A DNA stretch of 64,000 nucleotides from Eledone cirrhosa (taxonomy: Eukaryota): the NCBI GenBank assembly GCA_964016885.1, contig OZ024754.1, positions 43,152,001 to 43,216,000 on the forward strand, written 5' to 3'. This document shows positions 29,950-44,164 of the stretch, piece by piece (position 1 is the first letter of the stretch; every line of letters starts with the position of its first letter). The notes below the pieces were generated by a model. That model was not told where the DNA came from and ran no database searches. It worked only from the letters and a program-made list of their open reading frames with translations. A program made the translations under genes and the position numbers.

Positions 29950-30187
29950 TTACATACTGTTTATATAGGCGGGAAAGTTATGCCGTTTTATTTACTTTGC
30001 AAACGAAAACAACAACGGCAAATCTTTCCCAAAATAGACAATGATATATATATATATTTAGTAAGAAGTTAGATTGCTGGTAGGTAGACTGTGATAGGTT
30101 TATCTGGATTACTAGCTCACATGCTATATACGTAACTGTCTTTAGTATCTACCAATCTGATTATTGAACAGTCTGTATATATATACA

Positions 30188-30342
30188 TGGACACACTAGA
30201 AGAGGAAGACCAAGGTTAACATATGTTGATGCCCTAAGGACAGACACTGGTCTGTTGGAGATGCAGGATATGGCAGCGATAATGAGGGACAGAGACCGCT
30301 GGAGAGAACTCGTCCATGGATCTCGGGAATTTTACCCGCCTT

Positions 30343-30344
<2 letters not shown>
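30188..30344 (+). mobile_element. Second, shorter copy of the RTE LINE 3' end
   Basis: Near-identical to 28260-28416 and ends at the same position into (TA)n. Confidence 0.85.
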
Positions 30345-30404
<60 letters not shown>

Positions 30405-30487
30405 ATAAATTTGAAGACTAAAATCCAAAGAGGGTTCGATAAGGATAAATATATATCAGATATATAAGAACCGTAGAGCAAATATTT

Positions 30488-30602
30488 ATTAAAATAACAG
30501 ATTAAAGTTTAAGCAAAGAATCGCTGCTTTCACTCTTAACGGGATCTTCTGAAAGGGTGAAAGCAGCGATTTTTTGCTTAAACTTTAATCTGTTATTTTA
30601 AT
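30488..30602. repeat. Inverted repeat, ~48-bp arms
   Basis: ttaaaataacagattaaagtttaagcaaagaatcgctgctttcac / gtgaaagcagcgattttttgcttaaactttaatctgttattttaa. Confidence 0.85.
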
Positions 30603-30740
30603 ATATACACATATATATATATATTGAAAAAGTGAAGAATAACATCGTCAACAGTACAAAAAAAGGTTTTATTTACAGTCTGACAATTGTTTATTCACAA
30701 CCTCTAACAGGATTACCTATAACGATATTTTGTTATCTCT

Positions 30741-30873
<133 letters not shown>

Positions 30874-31419
30874 GGCATCCTTAACGAATCTATTGGAAAC
30901 TGGTAGCTTGTTTCGAAGATGGTTTATTTGTCCGCATGACTGCATTGAACAGGTCATGTCTAACGAACAGAGGCATGTCAAGTTGGCAATGAAGTCACCC
31001 CCTCCCTACCCCGAGACCAATGGACATCTGGCATCTGTCACACACAAAATTGGTCAAGCAAGACTCCGCTTCATATATGGCAGTTCTTAAAAGTCAATTT
31101 CCTTTTATTTTGACAAGTCCCTCGCTGACACTTGGAATGGCTCGGCCATTTCCAAAGAGAAACCTGTTACAGGCGATACTTTAGAGAAATATAGGACTTA
31201 ACCCCTAGAGAGCTGTAAGTGTTCTGGTATTGGGGCCACGTTATAGCACACTGAGCTCATCATCATCATCATCATCATCATCCTCATTATCATCATCAGC
31301 ATCGTCAACACAATAACCATCATCATCATCATCATCATCATCGTCGTCACCATCACCATCATCATCATCATCACCATCGTCAGCATCATTATTTTTATTA
31401 TTGGACTGGATTTTTATTA

Positions 31420-31825
31420 TAAAGGTGGTGGATTGGCAGTATCGGTAGAGGGTCGGACGCCATGCTTTGTAGCATAGAGTTACACCCCTTTACAGTCGTC
31501 TGAGTTGAAATCCCGCCGCAGTTAACTTTGCCTTTCATCCTTACGAGGTCGATAAAATAAAGTACCAGTAATACACTGACAAAAATTGCTGGCCTTGTGC
31601 CAAAAGTAGAAACAATTATTTTTATCATTGAAAGGCGGTGGATTGTCAGAATCTTTAGAGGGTCGGACAAAATGTCTTCTGCTAATCATACTGTTCATAT
31701 CCCACCAAGGACAAGTTTGACATTCATCCTTTCCCGAGTCGATAAAATAAAGTACCAGTCATGTACTGGCGTCGATATAATCTACTCTCCTTTCTTACTA
31801 AATTTCCTGAACTACCGCCTAAATA
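31420..31825 (+). mobile_element. Two tandem SINE family A copies (one young, one older)
   Basis: Heads at 31422 and 31633; both carry gtcgataaaataaagtaccag. Confidence 0.85.
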
Positions 31826-31827
31826 TA

Positions 31828-31877
<50 letters not shown>

Positions 31878-31895
31878 TGTATATATATATGTATA

Positions 31896-31956
<61 letters not shown>

Positions 31957-31974
31957 TGTATATATATATGTATA

Positions 31975-32023
<49 letters not shown>

Positions 32024-32034
32024 CTATATGTATA

Positions 32035-32174
<140 letters not shown>

Positions 32175-32195
32175 TGTATATATATATGTATATAC

Positions 32196-32227
<32 letters not shown>

Positions 32228-32256
32228 CTATATATATATATATATATATATATATG

Positions 32257-32301
<45 letters not shown>

Positions 32302-32304
32302 ATA

Positions 32305-32337
<33 letters not shown>

Positions 32338-32456
32338 CCAAAATGCAGGTGTGTTTCGCTTTCAGGAAACAATACCGTGACATTTTCTTATCATATCTGC
32401 ATTCTGAATAAATTAATAATTTATCATTCAATTTTATCATAGAAATCTGAAATATC

Positions 32457-32511
<55 letters not shown>

Positions 32512-32646
32512 CACATATATATACATGTATATATACATATATATATATACATAGATTTATATTCATGTATATATATATATATATACATATATACACATAT
32601 ATACACATATATATATACATATATATATGTACATAGATTTATATTC

Positions 32647-32726
<80 letters not shown>

Positions 32727-33182
32727 CGTTTTCTCTCTCCCCACCTCTCATTTAGCTTTTTTACTTGCCATTATACATATATCGCAGGGATACATTACAT
32801 GTTCCTATACAAAGTAAACTTACAAAATAGGAAATATTACAAGATTTTGTATAAACACGTAAATGGATATTATTTTCCCTTGAACTAAAAGGTTTAAAGG
32901 AAACCCGTACAGTGTGTGTAGTAAATAAGCAGTGTTTTGAGATTTGGGGGCTGGGGTTTCTGAGTTTTGACTAGGAATAACTACAAGTGTAATTTTGGGT
33001 TATATGTTACATAGTAATGCAAAATGTCTTCGAAAAGTATTTTCCTCAAACTAAATGTATGTATGTAGGACTAAAAATCACTTAATATATTGTATTTGTT
33101 TTGGTTGGTATATATTTCATGTTATGTCAAGTCTGTGAAAGACTATACCGTCTGTATAACACTGTTAAATATTATTTGATTC

Positions 33183-33367
33183 TTGGCAGTATCGGTAGAG
33201 GGTCGGACGCCATGCTTTGTAGCAAAGAGTTACGGCCCTTTATAGTCTGAGTTCAAATCCTGCCGAGGTTAACTTTTCCTTTCATCCTTACAGGGTCGAT
33301 AAAATAAAGTACCAGTAATACACTGGGATAATTGCTGGCCTTGTGCCAAAAGTAGAAACAATTATTT
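33183..33367 (+). mobile_element. SINE family A
   Basis: Head, B-box gagttcaaatcc, core and tail all present. Confidence 0.9.
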
Positions 33368-33779
33368 GATTCCTAAACTAAACCACGATTGAGCTTTGCA
33401 CTCAGTTTTCTTTCCCTTTCTCTAAATATTTTTCTCTGGGGGCATCATAAAATAAAACGAAACAGGGGGCAAGTGTTGCAGTATATAATCGACTTGTATA
33501 TCTGGTTTTGAGCCTAAATTAGAAATATTTATTATTAATGGTACTGTTTATGATATGTTTATATTTTGTTACATATATTTTAGTAAATTCTCACGTAAAG
33601 GGCACTGTACATGTCTTTTGCAGATCTTCCGAAACTAGAGGGACTGGTGTCAATGATATTCCCTTTAAACTGTTGCAAGTGGAGGCAGGAAAGGTGTGAG
33701 CAAGGAGGGGCTTCCATCAGGAATTGCCGACGTTCGCGGAAGGAAGTCCTGCGTGTTGTTATTTGATCATAAGTCTGAA

Positions 33780-34362
33780 GGTAACCCGTACAATATATGG
33801 GTAAGTATATAAAGAATGTTTTCACGTTTTGAGATTTGGGGCTGAGGTTACTGAGTTTTGACGAAGGAAACCCATACAATATTTGGGTAGTATATAAAGA
33901 ATATTTCCCTGTTTTGAGGGGCTGGGATTTCTGAGTTTTGACGAAAGAAAACCATACGATATATAGGTAGTATATAAAGACTTTTTAATGCGTTGAGATT
34001 TGGGGCTGGGATTTCTGAGTTTTCACGAAGGAAACACATACAGTATATGGGTAGTATATAAAGAATGGTTCCATGTTTTGAGGGGCTGGGATTTCTGAGT
34101 TTTGACGTAGGAAACCCGTACAATACATAGGTAGTATATAAAGAATGTTTTCATGTTTTCAGTGGCTGGGTTTCTGAGTTTTGACTAGAAACATCTACAA
34201 GTGTAGTTTTAGGTTATTATATGTTACATAGTAATGCAAAATGCCTTCCAAAAATATTTTTCTCAACTAAATGTATGTAGAGCTAAAAATCACTTAATAT
34301 ATTGTATTTGTTTTGGTTGGTATATATTTCATGTTATGTCAAGTCTGTGAAAGACTATACCG
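33780..34362. repeat. ~81-bp minisatellite (5 copies) plus a 170-bp flank, duplicated with a single unit at 32895-33150
   Basis: gggctg core at ~33838, 33919, 34002, 34083 and 34163; both loci end in atgttatgtcaagtctgtgaaagactataccg. Confidence 0.85.
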
Positions 34363-34515
34363 GTACTTGTTTTGTCGACCTGTTAGTTTGCGGGACATAA
34401 ACAGTGAAAAATACACATACACACCCACACACAGACACTCACACATACATAAACACACACACATAAATATACAGCACACACAGACACACACACACACTCT
34501 CTCTCTCTCTCTCTC

Positions 34516-34573
<58 letters not shown>

Positions 34574-34844
34574 GTGTCTGCAGTGCGAAGACAAGAAGGA
34601 ACTACAAATCAGGGCATTATTCGATGCCTGATGAGATACTGAACAGGTAAAATCCAGACTGCGGCCTCTGCGGTTTCAGCTTCTTTTCTCAAGTTTCCTC
34701 ATATACATTGCTCTACGTCCTTTTCTTCTTTAAGTTTATCATATTATTTGTGGTGTAAAAACGTTGAGATTTGGTGAAATAAATTACTGCCAATACTGGA
34801 ATTGAATAATCAAAACCGTAGCGGTATGTCACATATCAAATCTT

Positions 34845-34909
34845 ATATTTTGTCTGATGAAAACGTACTTAAACACCATTGTACCTTTGAAATGTCTATA
34901 ATAAAATAT
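34845..34909 (+). ncRNA. Type-I hammerhead ribozyme, intact core
   Basis: Stem I ATATTTTGT/ATAAAATAT; CTGATGA 34854-60; stem II AAACGTAC/GTACCTTT; GAAA 34889-92; stem III AT-GTCT-AT; AUA site at 34900. Confidence 0.8.
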
Positions 34910-34974
34910 ATATTTTGATTATGAGAATATTTTTCATTTATTAACATTTTGAATAATATATAATATATATAAGT

Positions 34975-35142
34975 TTATCCCGGGTTCAATCGGGGGTAAC
35001 CACAGTAAGTAAGGTACTCAATACATAACAGAGTATAAATATTTAATTAAGAAATGGCTTCTACAGGACTAGAATGTTTTCATTTGGGCAGGGCTTCCTG
35101 ATGATTTCTGCCGAAGGAACAGTTCTAGTCCTGTAGAAGCCA
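34975..35142. mobile_element. Hammerhead family A element in inverted arrangement; plus-strand ribozyme 35092-35141 lacks one core A
   Basis: GGCTTC-CTGATGA-TTTCTGCCGAAG-GAAC-AGTTCTAGTCCTGT-A-GAAGCC; inverted partial copy at 35056-35085. Confidence 0.8.
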
Positions 35143-35453
35143 TATATATATATTATATATATATATATATAATTATTATTCCCAAATTGAAAACTGCAGC
35201 AATCCAAACTGCGTTACATTTTTACAATCAGTAAGAATGTCCTCGCTAATTACTGGTATCGTGGTGGATTTGTTCATTTACATATTTAAGCCCCTCGAAT
35301 TAGGCGGGGTTCTCAACATATCTCTCGAATTAGGCGGGCTTCTCAACATATCTCTCCTCGAGAACACGTAGCAACATCCGTCTGATTTCAGAGAGGCAAA
35401 ACGAAAGAAGGAACGTGACAGCTTTTCATTGGCTTGACGTGCTGTTCCTGTTG

Positions 35454-35552
<99 letters not shown>

Positions 35553-35808
35553 GGTGGCTGCCAACTCGTTTTCGAGTACGGCCACTACTTTATATCCATG
35601 TAGGAGAACCCCTACCGATGCGCTGAACGAGTGTGACTTTTTAGTCCAGCCAGCCACTATATATATACATACAAACATACACATATACATACATTGATAT
35701 ATATATGCATACATACATACATATATACATGCACATATACACACATAGATGCATACTTATGTACATACATATGTACATGCACATATACATACATACATAC
35801 GTATAAAT

Positions 35809-35870
<62 letters not shown>

Positions 35871-35918
35871 GCCCATATGCATATATACAAGTACATACAT
35901 ACGGACATACGTATAAAT

Positions 35919-35999
<81 letters not shown>

Positions 36000-36129
36000 C
36001 ATGCCCATATGCATATATACATGTACACATACATATATACATACATCATATTCCTTTTTGTATATATATAACAATATGTGATGAGGTTGTAGATGTACTA
36101 CGAGAGTTTACCGTAATGACTGCATTGTC

Positions 36130-36620
36130 AGCATTGAGGCAACTATACTAGACCATTGTCAGAGCTGGACAGGATATACTGGAACAACAACAACAACAAC
36201 AACACTAATAGCTACACTACAACAGTAGTGACAATAACTAAAGCAACAGCAATGAGAAAAACAGTTGCAAGAGTCGGTATATACTTTAGCCAACAGTACC
36301 ACTACTCAATTGACCATTGTCAGAGCTGGACAGGACATACGGCTCCAACAACAACAATAAAACTAATAGCTACAACTGTAGTGACAACAACTAAACCTAC
36401 AACAATGACAGACACAGTTGCAACAACAACAAACACAGTTGCAACAGTTAGAATGTACTCTAGTAAACAGTACCACTACTAAATTGACCATTGTCAGTGG
36501 TCGACAGAAGATACTGCTCCAACAACAACAATAAAACTAATAGCTCCAACAGTAGAGACAACAACGACAGACACTGTTGCAACAGTTTGTATGTACTCTA
36601 GCCAGCAGAACCACTAATAT
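36130..36620. repeat. Degenerate ~160-175-bp tandem repeat (x3), ACA-rich
   Basis: gaccattgtcag at 36151, 36312 and 36486. Confidence 0.8.
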
Positions 36621-37897
36621 ATGGTCTGAATCCTTATAACAAGTCATGTTTCTTGGTTATAAATATTCCGTTGACCTTAAACTGACACATCTAAAACATA
36701 TCTACTTGATATAGCTGCAAATGGAAATCCTTCTCTTCAAACGATTCTTTCAGTGAAATATTTGGTAACATAATCATGATGTTTGCTATTCCAAGTGGTG
36801 CTGTTGTTGCGACAGTAGTGTGGTTATTGTTGTTGTGACAGTGGTGTGGTTATTGTTGTTGTGACAGTGGTGTGGTTACTCTTGTTGTTTTGGTGGTGTC
36901 GTTACTGTCGTAGCTGTTGTTGTTGTTGTTGTCTTCTCTATATTTTCAACAATTTAAACCTAGGAAGTTATATTTACTTGAAAGATGTTATGTGGTTATG
37001 GGTTCATTCCTGCTAAAACAGATCTCTCACTATATACATACACTGGTTACTATAACAACGATCTGTCTTCTATTAAAGAAATTATAAACATTTGAACTAA
37101 CAAACCTGCTTCTAGATATTTTCTGCTAAATAACTGTATATAGTCCTGGCCAAGTGCTAAGTGTATCTACCCATTCATAGTCGGCCCCACTATGGCTATG
37201 AAAGGACCGTGTTGTTACGGGGTCACTTATGCTGATTTATTTTCTAAGAAATGGCGTAAAGAGGAACTATGGGTTAACAAGAAACCCCAGAACATGGGAG
37301 GCGAGGTTGGACAAGAAACGTTAGCATACAGATATACAGACTAGAGAATGGTATGGCATGAAATAGTTACTATAAACACATAGAGACAGGGAAGTAATAT
37401 AGCACAGACGTGTTACCACTCCTACACAAAGTTGTAAACATGTTGTTCTTCTGAAGGACATCTGTCCTCTGCAAACTGGGCTGTTGTGACTCTTTTGAGG
37501 GCATTTGTCCTCTGCCGACTGGACTATTGTTGCTCTTCTGAAGGGCATCAGCCCTCTGCCGATTGAACTTTTGCTCTCAGCTAAATCTGAAGCATTCCAT
37601 AGATGCTACACCATGAAAATCGCTTCAGTGAAACAGACGAGCTACCGAGAAAAGCTGAAAGAACAAAACCCTACTCCTTGGAGTGCAGACGTGGAAGATA
37701 CCGAGTGATTTTGTAATAAATCTCATATTTTCAGCTGTCATAATTTCTTCACCTACTCTTATCTGTTTACATATTTGAAAACCAAATCTTTTGTAAACTA
37801 TTATATTAATATATATATTTGTATGTGTTCGTAAATGGATGCAACAATCTAACATTTAGAATGATATGTATTATTGTGTGAATAACACCCTCTAGAC

Positions 37898-38282
37898 CAG
37901 TGATTCCCAACCTTTTGTGCCCTATGCCCCCACATCAACATCTCAAACATTTATGTCGCACTTTGATAAAAAAAAAAGGGGCTATGATCAACTTCTAGGT
38001 GTGAACAAATTGGCGTATGGGTGACGCCAGCTATACAATAACATGTGTGTAGGAGGTGAGACAGGAGTTTCCGACAGTAATGTGTACCAAAGTAGCCTCG
38101 GTGCGGGAGGTCCCAGATGCGCAATAATATGTGTGGAGGTGAGACAGGAGTTTGTGTCCATAATTTGTTCCAAATTTGCCTCGGTGTAAAAGTAATAGGG
38201 TAAATTCTGAAGTTTGCTCTCATTAACATAATTTTCAAATTGCCCTCCTGTGGGGGCGAGCGGCCCACGTTAGGAATCATTG
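37898..38282. mobile_element. Non-autonomous hAT (Charlie-like) element
   Basis: TIRs CAGTGATTCCCAAC / GTTAGGAATCATTG; perfect 8-bp TSD CTCTAGAC at 37890-97 and 38283-90. Confidence 0.92.
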
Positions 38283-38893
38283 CTCTAGACTTTTACAGTT
38301 TCTTAACTATCGTTACTGCTGTTGGCTGAACTGAAAGGAAATGAAGCGAAATGACGTTTCGGTACATTAAAGGCGAAACCGTGAGCGTATTCTGGAATAT
38401 AATTCAGTATACCAAACTTTGGAAAATAGTCGTCATCTCTAATTGCTGCGAACTCATCAGCTGTTCCCAATTTACAAATGTGTGTGTACATTGTCTGATT
38501 CCGAGGGAGACCAGTATATCACTGGTACTACGTATATTGACATTTTACGATTGGATTGGATTGGAACACACAAACATGACACGTGACATGGAATTGGTTT
38601 CTTAGAAAGCATCTATTTATATATTGCTTTATAAAGCCTAATTAAAAGAAAATTTCGCACATGTATATATATATATATATATATATAAAGGAAAAGAATG
38701 GCTTCACTTGTAGTTCTAAACAATTTAATTTTATAATATTATAATTTTACAATTTGGTTTTGAAGATCTACAAGTGAAGTATTTCTTTTCCTTTTTTTCA
38801 AATATACCTAACTGTTTTCCACTCATACACATTTGTATTCATATATACATACATACATATATATATATATATACTCATTTATATCTCATTCTA

Positions 38894-38929
38894 TCTGCTG
38901 ATGAAGGACTAACCTCTGAAACTTTAAGA
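38894..38929 (+). ncRNA. Degenerate minimal hammerhead (family B)
   Basis: CTGATGA-AGGACTAACCTCT-GAAACTTTAAGA; compare consensus CTGATGAAGGACTAGTGTCCGAAACGTTAAGA. Confidence 0.5.
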
Positions 38930-39015
38930 CATATTTCATACTATATCAAAGGTTAGACTGATATGTATCTTTATAATGGAATACAGTTTACCTGTTTTGT
39001 ATATACGTTTACTTT

Positions 39016-39046
<31 letters not shown>

Positions 39047-39211
39047 GACTCACTTATTTACAATCACATATTAAAACAAAAGAATGTCAATAGCCATGCC
39101 AAGATAGTCATGCTTATACATATATATACATATATATATACATACATGCTCACAGATAAGAAAAGCATGCAAAAGTGTAGGACATACATAATACATACAT
39201 ATACATACATA

Positions 39212-39242
<31 letters not shown>

Positions 39243-39732
39243 GTGTATATATATACATAAATGCACACACACACAGACATACATAAATGTACATAAATAC
39301 ATAGACACACACATACACACTGACACATACATGCTATGTATAAACATAAACACTGCTTTTCACAAAAGTGTTTTATTTTCGTAGTTGTTGTCATAGTAAT
39401 AGTAGCAGTATTTGTAATTTTAGTAGTATCTGTGGAAGAAGTTGTTCTCTCAGCTATTTGTAAATGTAATAATGTAATTTTATTTTTTGCATTAATTAAT
39501 TAATTAATTAGCCGAAATTAACAATGTATTTGTTTCATGCCTGTTTGTCTTGTTAGTATTTTTATTAATATTATTATTATCGTTGATATTCTTATTGTTA
39601 TTATTATTATTTTAATATTGTTAATATATTTCATATTATGTATCGTTATCATCATTATCATCATCATCATCATCATCATCGTTTACATTACATACATACA
39701 TTATATATATACATATACGTATATATATATAC

Positions 39733-39806
<74 letters not shown>

Positions 39807-39907
39807 AGTCTAGAATTAGCTGTCAAAACGGCAAGAGCTCAGCCGTCGGGTCCTGACTCTTTGTAATATCTTTCTCTCTCTCTCCTTCTCTCTGTATATA
39901 TATATAT

Positions 39908-39938
<31 letters not shown>

Positions 39939-39944
39939 AATATG

Positions 39945-39978
<34 letters not shown>

Positions 39979-40143
39979 CATTGATATGAGAAAAAAAAAA
40001 TTTTATTCGAAAAAAAAAAAAAAAAAAAAAAAAAAAATGTTAGAGTTAAAAATTGATTTTTAAAAGAAAGCAATAACTTCGATGTTTCGATTTTCGGCGA
40101 ATAATCAAATTGAAATTATTGTTTCTATTTACTTCACACACAC

Positions 40144-40248
<105 letters not shown>

Positions 40249-40267
40249 CATATATATATATAAATAA

Positions 40268-40304
<37 letters not shown>

Positions 40305-40327
40305 CACACACATATATATATATTCAC

Positions 40328-40393
<66 letters not shown>

Positions 40394-40465
40394 GTGTGTG
40401 TATATATACGTGTTAAGAATAATATCTCCGACCAAAGGACTGGTCGGTCGTTTGCCCCACGAGTT

Positions 40466-40649
40466 TTATAGCGGTTGATAGTCTGATAGCATCGAACTCA
40501 AGTTCTGTTGCACATCCGCCCTCGTGCTGTTGTTCACTGCACCAAGCACCGATGCACCCGAGGGATTGGTGTTACTGCTATTACTATTGTTACTATGATG
40601 ATGATGATGATGGTTATTACTATGATGATTATTGCTATTATGGTGGTGG

Positions 40650-40686
<37 letters not shown>

Positions 40687-41063
40687 GGTGCTGGTGTTGT
40701 TGGTGGTGTTGCTGCTGTTGTTGATGGTGGTGTTGTTGTTGTTGTTGTTGTTGTTGTTGGTGTTGGTGGTGTTGGTGATGCTGCTGCTGATGGCTACTAC
40801 TGTTGTTGTTATTGTTATTGTTGTTATTGTTATTATTATTGTTGTTATTGTTTTTATTATTCGAAATCATATTTTGTATGAGAGGCATTGGCGCTGTAGA
40901 ATTCAAGGCCGCAGCTTTTTGAAGGTCGGTATAGACAACATGCTGCGAACTCTCGACCTTCAACTGCCCCTTCAGACTTCGGGGACTGTCCAAATCTTTG
41001 AAGTCGCTCTGCGGGGAATTTTCACTGATCGATTGAGAGGTCTGTCCGGCTCCATTTGGTTCA
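40466..41063 (-). CDS. Six1/2: Terminal coding exon of a transcription-factor-like gene, probably Six1/2 (sine oculis); the SIX-domain/homeodomain exon is not in the window
   Basis: Acceptor ttttctctattttttgtgggccctacag| at 41064, phase 2; open frame [38 protein letters not shown]...polyN/Q/H...[13 protein letters not shown]; the C-terminus recalls protostome So/Six1/2 (D/E)YQxL*, and a phase-2 intron after the homeodomain is typical of Six1/2 (both recalled, not searched); UTR-like sequence with AATAAA near 39372. Confidence 0.6.
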
Positions 41064-41155
41064 CTGTAGGGCCCACAAAAAATAGAGAAAAACAGAGCAA
41101 GATATCATATCGTGTGAAACCACAGACATTTAAGGGTTAGAAGGAGGAGAGAAAG

Positions 41156-41218
<63 letters not shown>

Positions 41219-41428
41219 AAGACTTTGAGAGAGGGAAAGAGAGAGACACAGAGAGAGAGGATGAGAGAGTGCGTGTGTGAGTAATAGAGAGAGAAACAAA
41301 AAAAAATGTCTTATATATATTATTTACATGAGGTTTCCTGGTATACATGTAAATGTATATATAAAACCATGTGTGTATATGTGTGTAGTGTCAATAATTT
41401 CTGTTTACACACACACCCACACTCACAT

Positions 41429-41569
<141 letters not shown>

Positions 41570-41608
41570 CACATATACATATACATACATACACACACAC
41601 ACATATAA

Positions 41609-41651
<43 letters not shown>

Positions 41652-42028
41652 AGTAGTGTCAGGAGTTTCCGTAGAGTGGATAAACAAGAAATAGTAATCT
41701 ATGAGAAATACAGAGCTAAGGTATAATATTCTAAATTACCTGCTACGAAATGTTTGACAGCCTAGTTTAGCATAGCTGTTAGAAATGGTAGGTCTGCTAA
41801 TGCTGCATCATTGTATTACCAGAAAGATAAGCAAGACTGGCAGATATACACTGCTAGAGCAGGCTTTGAAACCCTGGGTAGCACGCAACTGTGTTGTGAA
41901 TATATATATACATATATAAATATATAAATAAGTATTGAGTACTTTGGTGCGTTATGGTCCATCTGGTTCCTTGCCACATTTCCTTCGTTAAATATATGTA
42001 TATATATATATATATTTGTGGTTTTTCT

Positions 42029-42160
<132 letters not shown>

Positions 42161-42192
42161 AGAAAAACCACAAACCCTCCATCTCAACTCTA

Positions 42193-42225
42193 CTTTTGAA
42201 AAGCAGAAGTGCGAAACCGGTAAAG
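42193..42225 (+). ncRNA. Minimal type-I hammerhead with a U3-A8 variant core
   Basis: CTT-TTGAAAA-GCA(GAAG)TGC-GAAA-CCGGT-A-AAG; palindromic stem III ACCGGT; related copy at 56044-56078. Confidence 0.6.
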
Positions 42226-42376
42226 GAACCAAATAAATATATATATATATTTTTTAATAAGACTCTAGTTGCATTTTCGATTTCATCTTTTTTTCTTTAT
42301 ACTTTCACTCGTGTAGGACACCGGTTATTTTTCATTTTGTAAAAGAAACGTCACTTTCTAATATATATATATATAA

Positions 42377-42551
<175 letters not shown>

Positions 42552-42578
42552 AATGTATATATATAAATGTATATATAA

Positions 42579-42666
<88 letters not shown>

Positions 42667-42766
42667 TATATTGGTAAATGTGTGAAGTCCTTGGTACACT
42701 TAGGTATATTTTAAAAAAAGGAAAATAATGATTTCACTTGTAGTTCTAAACAATTTAATTTTATTT

Positions 42767-42943
42767 TATATTATTAAAATTTTACAATTTGGTTTTGTAG
42801 ATCTAGTAAGTTCTCGCATTCGTCGGTGGCAATCGAGAAAGTTCTCCAAGAAAGTTACCCAGGAATCTTTAAACATCTCCCCACCGAAGTTAACAAAGAA
42901 CTTACTAGATCTACAAAATAAAATTGTAAAATTAATAATAAAA
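42767..42943. repeat. Imperfect inverted repeat (~45-bp arms) of a family also present at 38702-38775
   Basis: ttttacaatttggttttgtagatctagtaagttct / agaacttactagatctacaaaataaaattgtaaaa. Confidence 0.75.
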
Positions 42944-43064
42944 AGATCCCATAACTCCTTTTGGAGTCGTAGAGGCACCGCTATACGGCGTGTCTAGGGC
43001 AGTTTTTAAACTTGGCGGAGCCCAACCCTCTCCAGGTCTGAACATAGCCGATGTTTTTCTATAG

Positions 43065-43210
43065 AGGAAGTATCAACCCCAGTACTGGACTGGTATTTAT
43101 TTTTTTTATCAATCTGGAAAGGATGAAAGACAAATTTGACCCCGGCGGGATTTGAACTCAGAGCGTAATGAGGTGGGACGAATACCGTAAAGTATTCTAT
43201 CCGACGTAGC
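43065..43210 (-). mobile_element. SINE family A-related copy (older)
   Basis: ggatgaaagacaaatttgaccccggcgggatttgaactcagagcgtaa. Confidence 0.75.
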
Positions 43211-43221
43211 TGGGAATTAAA

Positions 43222-44158
43222 CCCTTTAGCATTTAAACCAGCCAGCATTCCCTCACCTCTTTCTGTTCAAACCAGCCGTAACTGGCTGCTCATAGTTATG
43301 TTAAGGTATTGTTCTCAACATAAATAATATCAAAACGTCATAAATTCGATATTATGTGAGATATTATGTAAGGTAAAGCCTTTACTGTGAAAATACAATA
43401 GTATATATAGAGTAATGTAGATGTTATGTGAGATATTATGTGAGGTAAAGCCTTTACTGTGAAAATACAATAGTATATATAGAGTAATGTAAATGTTATG
43501 TGAGATATTATGTGAGGTAAAGCCTTTACTGTGAAAATACAATAGTATATATAGAGTAATGTAAATGTTATGTGAGGTATTATGTGAGGTAAAGCCTTTA
43601 CTGTGAAAATACAATAGTATATATAGAGTAATGTAGATGTTATGTGAGGTATTATGTGAGGTAAAGCCTTTACTGTGAAAATACAATAGTATATATAGAG
43701 TAATGTAAATGTTATGTGAGGTATTATGTGAGGTAAAGCCTTTACTGTGAAAATACAATAGTATATATAGAGTAATGTAGATGTTATGTGAGGTATTATG
43801 TGAGGTAAAGCCTTTACTGTGAAAATACAATAGTATATATAGAGTAATGTAGATGTTATGTGAGGTATTATGTGAGGTAAAGCCTTTACTGTGAAAATAC
43901 AATAGTATATATAGAGTAATGTAAATGTTATGTGAGATATTATGTGAGGTAAAGCCTTTACTGTGAAAATACAATAGTATATATAGAGTAATGTAGATGT
44001 TATGTGAGGTATTATGTGAGGTAAAGCCTTTACTGTGAAAATACAATAGTATATATAGAGTAATGTAAATGTTATGTGAGGTATTATGTGAGGTAAAGCC
44101 TTTACTGTGAAAATACAATAGTATATATAGAGTAATGTAAATGTTATGTGAGATATTA
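43222..44158 (+). mobile_element. piggyBac-like MITE carrying an 11 x 72-bp tandem array; right end lost
   Basis: Left end ttaa-a-CCCTTTAGCATTTA; gtaaagcc every 72 bp from 43373 to 44093. Confidence 0.8.
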
Positions 44159-44164
44159 AGTGTG

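Noticed and set aside
34620-34680. CTGATGA at 34628
   Set aside because: No downstream GAAA in register
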